From Fonticula alba ATCC 38817 (taxonomy: Eukaryota > Protista > Nucleariida), in NCBI GenBank assembly GCA_000388065.2, contig KB932205.1: a stretch of DNA of 17,003 bases, one strand, 5' to 3'. The translations under genes were made by a program, and so were the position numbers. Under the pieces are notes generated by a model, which made no database searches, was not told where the DNA came from, and was given only the letters and a program-made list of their open reading frames with translations. Of the stretch, positions 1 through 9,064 are shown piece after piece; within the stretch, counting starts at the first letter, position 1, and the number at the start of each line of letters is the position of its first letter.

Positions 1-167
1 CCCCCCGCCCCCCCCCCCCCCGGGGGGGAGAAAAGCGCCTCGCCTGGCACCACCGACCCGGAGCCGGGATGGTCTGTTAACACCGTCCCCTGCCCCTCGC
101 CCCTTCGATCCTGCCCTCGCCCGCCCCTCTCGCCGCCCACACCGGCACAAAGCCCCACCGACCAGAG

Positions 168-2135
168 ATGACCCCCGACCCGCTGACGGACACGGGGGAT
201 CGGGGCATGACTCCGCCATCGGCCTTGCCCCCGCACTTTGCCTCGCTGGAGGCGGAAACCGCCGCCGGGACGGCCTCCCCCGCCGGACCGGCCGGGCCGA
301 AGGCCCCCCTCCCCACGGTGCTGACCACCGACCACCGGATCCCACCCATCCAGGTGGCCTACAGCGCGGCCAATGGGTCCCGGCCGTCGCGGCGCCACGG
401 CGGCCCGGCCGAGCGGCGCTCCCATCCCGAGCGCGTGTTCACCGCACTGCGCAATGCCCCAAGCGCCTTGCCGCCTGACGGCCCGGCGCCTCCCGCCGAA
501 AAGCAGCCCCCGGCCGGGCAGCCGGTCGACCCTCTGAAGCTGGACATAGCCCAAGTGAGGCAGAACCTCCTGCGTGGTTCGCTCCTGGGGTATGGCATCC
601 GCGCGCTGCCGGAGCTACTCGGCCTGCTGACTGCGCAGTTTGTGCGTGCCCCGCCCTTCACCGGCGCCATCCTCTCTTCCTCATCCTGCCCCTCTTCCCC
701 CTCCTCCTCCTCCGCCTCCTTGTCCTCCTCCTCTTTCCGCCCCCTGCTCGCCAGCCCACATGCGACTGCCTGGGCCACTCCGCCGGCCCCGCGCGGATGG
801 CCGATCCCCTCGCTGACATGCTCCGCGGGACCGTCGGGCAGAACCCCTCCCGGCGGCGAGCCCTCCTCCCCCTGATCCTGGAGGTCCTCAAGCGGACCTT
901 GGCCAATGGCGGCGCCATGGCGCAGGGGCTTTTCGTCGGGGCATGGGCCGCCGGAGTGCCCCTCCTGCGCCTCCTCATCAGCCATCTTCTCCTGTACTAT
1001 CGGATTCGCGTGCACCAGCGCCGGCGGCTGGCCCTAAGTTCGCTGGCCGCCGAGCCCAGTCACAAGCCCACTCCCATGGACCGGGATCTGGCCCGGGCGG
1101 ATGTGCGGCGCTGGGCGCCGGCCGTCAGCGCCGGGGCCGGGGCCCTGGCCGGCCTGACCCTGCTTCTGGACCAGTCCCAAGCGGGCCTCGAGCAGCGGTC
1201 CACACTGGCCCTGTATGCGGTGGTCCGCGCGCTGGATGCGCTGGCCCGGCTGTCAGTCCGCCGGGGCTGGATCCCGGAGGTGCCACACGCGGCGACGCTG
1301 CTTTTCCAGCTTGCCTGCACGGAGATCATGTTCGCGTGGTTTTACCACCCCCAGGCCCTGCCCCCGAGCTACGAACGGTGGATCTCCAAAATGGCCTACA
1401 TGGATGCGCGTCTGCTGTCGGTGATCCGCCTCCGGCGGCTGGGGTTCATTCAGTATGGCCTGGTGCATGATGCCTGCCTGGCGGAGTATTGCCGCGATCA
1501 TGGGCTGGATCCCCGCCGCGGGGATCCCTTCTACGGGCATCTGGACTGCGCCATCATCCACCCGCTGGATGGGCTGTCCTGCCGGGGCAATGCCTTCCGG
1601 CGATTCCGCAATGGCTTCCTCATGGCCCTGGGCATCTATGGCCCGGTTCATGCGCTTCCCCAGCTGTTTGCCTATATCCGGGGGAAGTCATCTGTGCGTG
1701 CTCGCGGCACGGGGCCTGGCGCCATCGAGCCCCGGTGCCCTTCCACGGTGAACCCCTCGCTTGCTTGCCTGCCTGCCTCCTGCCGTCACCCATTTTCCCT
1801 TCCGCCCCCCCCCCCCCCCCCCCCCCCCCCCCCGCGCTCCCCGCACCTCCTGCACTCGGGGCGGGCCTCGATGTACAGCGCTCGCTCCAGGNNNNNNNNN
1901 NNNNNNNNNNNNNNNNNNNNNNNNNNNNNNNNNNNNNNNNNNNNNNNNNNNNNNNNNNNNNNNNNNNNNNNNNNNNNNNNNNNNNNNNNNNNNNNNNNNN
2001 NNNNNNNNNNNNNNNNNNNNNNNNNNNNNNNNNNNNNNNNNNNNNNNNNNNNNNNNNNNNNNNNNNNNNNNNNNNNNNNNNNNNNNNNAGACACCCCCCT
2101 GTCGGCTCCTGCCCTGTCGCCATGGGCTTCCCTTC

Positions 2136-2198
<63 letters not shown>

Positions 2199-3104
2199 CC
2201 CCGCCCGCGCTAACCGCACATCCTGCATTGGGGGCGGGCCTCGATGTACAGCGCTCGCTCCAGGAGATCGCCCTTTCGACGGCCACCAACTCCCTTCGGT
2301 CGTCGACCTTCCTCGGGAGCTTCATCGCGGTCATTTGGTGGACCGTGTGCATCCTGCGGAATCTGCTGCAGAATGACATCACCCTCGGGCCGCTGCTCGG
2401 GTCTTTCCTCTGTGGCCTGACACTGCTCATTGAGAAGGAGGTGTGTCCCGTGTGGGGGACGAGGGTGTGGTCCTGCGTTCCGATTGCCCTTCTTTTTTTC
2501 TTCTTCTTTTTTTGCCTCCCCCGCCCTATCCCCACACCTCACCTTTCCCGCGAATGGCACACGCCGCCGGCCCTTTTGCACACAGTCTCGCCGGATGGAG
2601 CTCGCCCTGTATGTGGTCCCGCGCGCCCTGCACGCCCTGCATTACGGCCTTTCCAAGAAGTACTCCATCTTCCGGATGCCCTATGGGTCGCTGCTGCTCT
2701 TTGTCGCTGCCTCGGCCGGGCTCACCTTCGCCCATCATCACACTTCGCCGGAGAAGGCCCTCCGGTCGAGCCTGCGGTCGTTCCTCGGGTGGCTCCTGGG
2801 CCAGCCGGCCGACGCCACCCCCATCGCTCCGGCGCCCGGGTCCCCGCCGGCCGGGAAGGGGCCCATCCATGCCGAGCACCAGCGGCCTGGACGCCCAGCC
2901 GAGGGGGGGCCCCCTGCCGGTCAGCACACCGACACGCCGGACTCCACCAGGGGCCCCGACGACTCCACAGCTCCCGAGGACCCATCGCAACGGCACATCT
3001 CCTCCACCTCCGGCAGCCTTCCCGACCTGCTGAACAATCCGGTCGGCGTGGAGGTGGCCTACTCCGGGCCGATTCTCTCCTTGGCGTCAAACAACACGAT
3101 GTGA
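168..3104 (+). CDS. TMEM135: TMEM135-family (peroxisomal/mitochondrial membrane) protein, spliced, ~706 aa
   Basis: Inferred exons 168-641, 755-1693, 2252-2440, 2586-3104 (2121 nt = 707 codons with stop; all phase-0 GT-AG introns, donors GTGCGT/GTGCGT/GTGTGT). Motifs typical of TMEM135: EIMFAWFYHPQALPPSYERWI, LDCAIIHP-x4-SCRGN, ALGIYGPVHALPQL, RSSTFLGSF, and LLIEKE|SRRMELALYVVPRAL joined across intron 3. The start codon and exon 1 are less certain than the core. Confidence 0.85.
1892..2088. other. Assembly gap (197 N)
   Basis: Run of N. Confidence 1.
2137..2195 (+). repeat. Poly-C homopolymer (intronic; length unreliable)
   Basis: Direct reading; similar runs at 1805-1833 and 4088-4102, and as poly-G on + at 13937-13951 and 15105-15128. 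Confidence 0.9.
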
Positions 3105-3637
3105 CGCGTGTGGGAGACATGCGGCCGGTCCTCCGCTCCGCCGGGGCTCGCCGCCGCCACCACCACCACCACCACCCGGTGCGGGGCCAGCGCTTTGGGA
3201 GCCGGAAAAAAGCCCAGAAGTATGATGGCGCACCAGTCAGCCGAGTCGCGCGTCGACGCCTCCATGGGCGGCGAGCCACCGAGCGAGAATACATGCTGAA
3301 AAGAAAAGAGGCTGCCACAACATCCATCCCTGCCTCCAGAGGTGGGGGGGGCGGATCGCAGAGGCCCGCCGGTCCACAGCTGGGAAGTGTCAGGCCCCCG
3401 ACAGATGAGGACCGTATTATCCGCGCGTCGGGGCCGGGCCGATGCCCGTGAACCCCGAAACACGCGACCCTGGCCGCGTTCGAGTTAAGGCTTCGCGGGG
3501 GACCGGGACTTAAATGGCGCCGCACGTGCCCGCCGGGACGACGGCCAGTGCGCCGGGATGCCCGAGACAGTGTTACATGGCTGAAAGAATAGCACGTCTT
3601 CTTGGGGGAGCTCCACACACACGGCCCGGGGGGGGGG

Positions 3638-4087
3638 NNNNNNNNNNNNNNNNNNNNNNNNNNNNNNNNNNNNNNNNNNNNNNNNNNNNNNNNNNNNNNN
3701 NNNNNNNNNNNNNNNNNNNNNNNNNNNNNNNNNNNNNNNNNNNNNNNNNNNNNNNNNNNNNNNNNNNNNNNNNNNNNNNNNNNNNNNNNNNNNNNNNNNN
3801 NNNNNNNNNNNNNNNNNNNNNNNNNNNNNNNNNNNNNNNNNNNNNNNNNNNNNNNNNNNNNNNNNNNNNNNNNNNNNNNNNNNNNNNNNNNNNNNNNNNN
3901 NNNNNNNNNNNNNNNNNNNNNNNNNNNNNNNNNNNNNNNNNNNNNNNNNNNNNNNNNNNNNNNNNNNNNNNNNNNNNNNNNNNNNNNNNNNNNNNNNNNN
4001 NNNNNNNNNNNNNNNNNNNNNNNNNNNNNNNNNNNNNNNNNNNNNNNNNNNNNNNNNNNNNNNNNNNNNNNNNNNNNNNNNNNNNNN
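3638..4087. other. Assembly gap (450 N), flanked by poly-G on the left and poly-C on the right
   Basis: Run of N. Confidence 1.
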
Positions 4088-4561
4088 CCCCCCCCCCCCC
4101 CCAGCATGCGAGGGCGGCATATACACCACCCTCGCGTACCCCCCACCCCCACACACATACACGCCCCCCCGGTCCCCCGGCCGCCCAACAGCAGTGGGCA
4201 CACGCTCACACTGGGGACCGGGCCGCCGCCCGCGCCCCAAGGTCCGCACCCCATCTCGCCGCCGCCGCCGCCGCCGTCCAACAAGCCGCGACCTTCGCGG
4301 GGCCCGGGGCTCTCCGCGGGACATCCGCCTGGGGTCGCCTCTTCCCCTGGCCGACGGGGAGGGCTTTTCGGTTGGCGCCCGGCTCCAGCCCATGTACCCC
4401 ACCATGCCCCGCTCCTGCAACCCTCCCTCCCCCCCCCCTCCCCTCTTGCCTGCCACTGCCCGTGTGTGTCCCCCGCCCCCTTCGCCCCTCTCCTCCCCTC
4501 TCCTGCCCTCTCCTCTCGCCTGTCTCCCCTCCCCTCTCCTGCGCTGCTCTCTGGACAGAGG

Positions 4562-7500
4562 ATGTCCTTCTTCAGCGAGCTCTTCGGGCTCGGTGGCGGC
4601 GACGCCGCGGCCCCCGCCGCTGCCGCTTCGCCGGAGCCCCCCCGCGCGCGGGCCCCCAGCACCGGGGCCGGCGCCGGGGCCGGGATCGTGCACCCCTGCT
4701 CCCGGCACCCGGACCGCTTCAACCAGGGCTGGTGCCTGTGCTCCCTGCCGGAGGAGCTTTTCTCCCCGCGCCAGGACGGCCCCTCGTCCAAGACCACCGG
4801 CGCGGCCGGCCACCAGGATGACTCCCTGCCGCGGGGGCTCTTCAAGGCCAATGACCTGGGCCTGCCGGATGACCATGCGGAGCTGTCGCGCTGGTCGCTC
4901 CCCTACCAGCCGGACTTGATGCTGATCATGCAACAGCGCTCGGCGGCCCTGGCCCGGGCCCAGCAGGAGGATCCCAATGGCGATCTCCTGCAGCTGCTTG
5001 ACGACGCGGACTTCGACTCGGCCGCCGGGCCGGACATCTACCGCGTGTCCGAGGAGTCGGTCCGGGTGGAAACCTACCTCTCCATGCTGGAGGCCAATGA
5101 GCAGGGCGGGTCGCATGAGCTGCCGGCCGGCTCGGCAGCCGCCGACACTTCGCGCCTGGCCGCCGCCATTCAGACCAAGCGCCAGCAACGCCGCAAGGCC
5201 GCCCGCGACCAGGCCTTCGTCACGCGACTCGAGGAGAGCGCCCTCAGCCGCAGCACCATCCCCGGCAGTCCGACCGCCGGCTCGGCCGCGCCCGCCCCCG
5301 CCCCCGCGCCGCCGAAGATGATCATGGCCCCGGTCGACCGGAACCGCCTGGGCATGCCGCAGTTCCATGTGGACATCTTCCGCTCGGAGCTCATCTTCCC
5401 CGAGCTCCAGCGCAAGGGCGGCCTCTTCTCCACCGTCACCCCGGTCAGCGCCGAGCCCGCCCGGCCGTCTCTCTACGCCGACAACGCGCCCACCACCGTG
5501 CAGCTGATCATCCGGTCCTTCCACAATGACCATCTCCTCTTCGATGCCAGCCTCAATGAGGGGGACCCGGCGCTCGGTGCGGCCGGCGTGCGCGCATCCG
5601 CCGCCAGTGCTCCGGCTGCTGCCTCGGCCGGGGCTGCCGCCACGGCCGGGACCGCCCCGGGGGCCGCCGCTGCCAGCGCCTCCGCCGCCGCCGCCGCCCC
5701 CGCCCCCACCACCACCACCACCGCCGCCACGACCGATCCCGCTGCCCAGGTCGCCGACAAGCCTCTCCTCACGCGCCAGGTGAAGTATGTCCTGGACATC
5801 CCGGTGGTTGTTATCTCGGTGCGATGCTTGCTCTTTTGCCACATTCCCCCTCGGCTGCGGTGTGCAGCTTCTCTCGACTCACACCCCTTCCTGGGCATCT
5901 GCTCCGCCCTTTCCCCGTCCCCGTCCCCGCTCCCGCCCCCGCCCCCGCCCCCGCCCCTGATCCCATCTGCGCGACGTCCACCGCACAGCGCATTCCCGCC
6001 CTCAAGGCCCATCTGCTCCATGTGCCGGAGGGGGCCACCGAGGCGGTCCCCATCGCGCGGTCCTTCGTCCTGGAGGTCCCGCGTGCGTCCACCGCCGAGG
6101 CTCTGTCTCGCCTGCTGGACCTGGTGGCCTCGGTGCACTTCATTCTGGCTGGCTGGAAGTCCGGCAAGACGCCGGCCTCCTCGGCCGGTGACCCGGCCCC
6201 CGGGACGCGCCCCCGGTCGACCACCCTCTCCTCGGTGGCTTCGCCCGTCAACAGCCTCATGCTGACCGCCCTGCCGATCGAGCTGCTGCTGTCACACACG
6301 GCCGAGTCGCAGGCCTTCCTCAACCGGATTTGGTATAGCCAGAAGTTCGCGGCCACCCGGGCCGCCGCCGCTGCCGCTGCCACCGGGCAGAAGCCCCCGG
6401 CCGAGGGGGCTGCCATGGCCTCGCGGCCCCGGCCCACCCCCCGGGAGATCACCGACCTTTCGCTCCTGCTGCTGGCGCAGACGGCGCGCGACATGACCGC
6501 CCTGCTGTCGAGCGTGGCCCCGGCCCAGCTGCCGGCCCACATGGCCACCAACAGCGCGGCTGGCCCGGCCCCCCCGGCCTCCGGGTCGATATTCTCCTCG
6601 GAAGCCCGCGTCGGCCTGCTGAACACCGTGGCCGAGTGGCACCGCCAGCGGAACCTCCTGCTGGAGCTCTTTGCCCTGTGCCATCTGCTCGGCCTGGGCG
6701 GCTTCCTGCCGATCATCACCCGCACGATCAACGTCCTGATGCGCGACGATTCGGATCTCGGTGTGCCTGTTGCCTACCTGGCCGCGCGGTGCGTTCTCGG
6801 CCCTCTCCTTCCGCCCCTCTTCTTGTCTCCTGCCTCGCCTCGCCTCGCCTCGCCTCGCCTCCCGCAGCACCCTCACCCGGACAACCGTCACCCCTCCCTA
6901 CACACGCGCACACACACACACACACACACACTCTTCCCCATCACAGCCACAACGACGAGACTCTCCTGTCCATGGCCCATGGATGGGTTCTCCGGTCGCT
7001 CTTGGACCCCGGCCGCCTGCAGAGCGCCCTCAATGTCCTGCACAATGAGTCCTTCAACCCCAACCCCAACACCAACCTCTCGGTGGATCTCTTTAAGCCG
7101 GCCGGCTCTGAGTCGGCCGTGCGCCTGATCGATTCCGGCTCCCGGCTGTCCTATCGGCGCTTCGTCATCCCGCTCTACGTCTTCCAGGGGCTGCTCCCCC
7201 GCCGGGCCTGGTACAACCTCACCCGCATGCCGCCATCTGACCGGACGGTCTGCCGGCTGGTGCGCGACCTCCGGCCCATCACCACCGGGGCCATCCCCGG
7301 GTCCGTGGGCCTCGCCTCGGCCGACTCCCAGGACTCCATCACCTCCGGTGCCATTGTCGCCACGTACACCCTCTATGAGATGCCCTCGCATCGGGCCCTG
7401 CTGTCAGCTCGCTTCGATCCCAACACCAGCGAGTATGTCATTTGCGCCGGGCGCGAGGTCATTCGCCATGGTCCCTCCTACGTCGGTGGTCTACGGTGCG

Positions 7501-8606
7501 CCTCCCTTGGCCGTCCCCCTTTCATAGACACCCCCCTGTCGGCTCCTGCCCTGTCGCCACGGGCTTCCCCTCTCCCCCCCTCCCGCCCCCCACCACAACG
7601 CGTAACTGACTCCCGACCACGGGGCATCGCTGTTGTTGCCCTCCCCCACCCCACTTGCCCGCTGTGCCAACGCAGGTACAACCTTGCTGGCACCGTCTTC
7701 ACGGTATTCAACCACGGTACGGCCACCTGCCTGACCATGCCGGCCGTGGTGGAAAACATTAGTCCCCCACGCAGCGAGCAGGCCATCATCACGTACGACC
7801 TGAACTTCTGGGGCCTTGAGCCGCGCTCCTTCCATGTGGCCCTGCCGAAGCAGGTCCGCGACCTGTCCTCGGCCCCGCCGCTTGAGGAGCAGATCGCCCA
7901 CCAGGAGGCCGCCAGTGATTTCTACCAGATCCAGAACAAGTCGCCAAAGTGGAACGAAGGTGCGTGCACTGTGCTTCCTCCTCACCCGCGGCCGCCTCCC
8001 TTCGGGGGCTCCCGCTGGCGTACATCATCAAAGGACGCCTGTCCATTGCCTGGGGGCCGTGTTGTTTTGCTTTTCCCGGGAGCAGGGCGCGGGGAGGGCC
8101 CATTGCCCGCCCTTCCTCAGGCTCTAACCTCCTTCTTTTTCCTGCCCCCCTTTGGCCGACCTCCCATGTACACACACACACGCACACACACAGAGCGTGC
8201 CACTTTCACCCTGGACTTCCGTGGCAACGTCCGCTGTGCCAGCAAGAAGAACTTCATTCTTGAGCTGCCCGCGGCCGATGCCGATTCTCGTGCGTGTGAT
8301 ATCTCCCCCTGCCGTGGGAACCTTGTTTGCATTCGCTTTTCTCCTTCATTTTGTGCATCCGCCACTGCGCTCCTCGAACCCCATCCCTCGTTCTCTCTCT
8401 CTCTCTCTCTCTCCCTCTCTCCCTCTGCTTCCCCCACCCCTCTAACATGACGACTTCCCGGCATGCAACCAGAACCCACCGAGGTGATGATGATGGGCAA
8501 GCTCGAGCGTAACCACTTCTACGTGCACTTCAATGCTCCGCTCACTCCGCTGGCGACGTTCGGCATCATCCTCAGTAGCTTCCACCGCAAGCTCATGGTC
8601 AAGTAG
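4562..8606 (+). CDS. Tubby-domain protein with N-terminal degenerate BTB/BACK-like region, spliced, ~1039 aa
   Basis: Inferred exons 4562-5818, 5989-6788, 6947-7495, 7676-7959, 8194-8289, 8473-8606 (3120 nt = 1040 codons, ends TAG). The spliced C-terminus matches Tubby motifs: VCRLVRD, SYVGGLR|YNLAGTVFTVFNHG, EQAIITYDLNFWGLEPRSFHVALP, IQNKSPKWNE|ERATFTLDFRGNVRCASKKNFIL, MMMGKLERNHFYVHFNAPLTPLATFGIILSSFHRKL. The Tubby call is strong, the BTB call moderate; extra 5' exons are possible. Confidence 0.85.
6832..6861 (+). repeat. (GCCTC)6 microsatellite in Tubby gene intron 2
   Basis: Direct reading. Confidence 0.9.
6900..6930 (+). repeat. (CA)n microsatellite near the 3' end of Tubby gene intron 2
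   Basis: acacacgcgcacacacacacacacacacaca; a similar tract at 8170-8193 ends in the acceptor AG. Confidence 0.9.
8392..8426 (+). repeat. (CT)n microsatellite in Tubby gene intron 5
   Basis: Direct reading. Confidence 0.9.
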
Positions 8607-9064
8607 ACGCCCCTCATCCTCCACCCCCCGTGTCCACCTCCTTTCCCTGGCCCCACATGCGCCGCCAGCACCACGCCACCCGCACCATCCTCCACTCCAT
8701 ATGAACATCCAAATGGCCACTTTCCCCCTCATGTCTGTCCTTGTCAACACCGCCGATGAAATATATACAAATGCATACAAACCCACATACATCTTGAAAC
8801 ATGGCCAAGAGCACCCCGAGAATGAGGGGACGGGGGGGAAGAAGGGCGAGCTGGGCAAGAAGCATGCCCCCCGGTACGTGCATGCTAAATGTGTGTGTGT
8901 ACACATAGGCGCGGATGCTGGGGGGAGGGCGGGGGGGGGAGGGAGGGGGAGGGGGAACAAGAGCTGCGCACCGGGCTCCGATGCACAACCAAGCGAGCGG
9001 GGTGCGGAGGAGAGGCGCAGGCAAGGCCCGGCAGAATATATGAAAAGAGAGGGGCTGTTTCCCT

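Larger units (their letters stand above)
1831..2264. repeat. 61-bp duplication on both sides of gap 1892-2088 (1831-1891 / 2204-2264); probable false gap
   Basis: The copies differ at 5 positions, all C in the left copy, which follows a poly-C run. Both contain the same TACAG acceptor and the exon 3 start. Confidence 0.85.

Noticed and set aside
797-3451. 884-aa ORF (and the 887-aa ORF at 3602-6265) as single-exon genes
   Set aside because: They read through introns, poly-C and N-gaps; family motifs only join up after splicing at GT-AG sites.
3380-3600. Hammerhead ribozyme (CAGATGAG...CGAAA), RNase P/MRP (GGGAAGTGTCAG, ATGGCTGA) or tRNA B-box (GTTCGAG) resemblance
   Set aside because: The cores are imperfect (CAGATGA not CTGATGA), there is no matching P4/CR-V strand and no cloverleaf; GC-rich DNA forms hairpins by chance.
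2722-5842. Long antisense ORFs (2722-4851, 3485-5842, 5811-6731 and similar)
   Set aside because: Shadow frames of GC-rich coding sequence; Gly/Arg-rich, span gaps, no family motifs.
8607-9064. Overlapping convergent 3' UTRs or antisense regulation between the Tubby gene and NUP50
   Set aside because: A 458-bp spacer is ordinary for a compact genome; transcript ends cannot be inferred from sequence.
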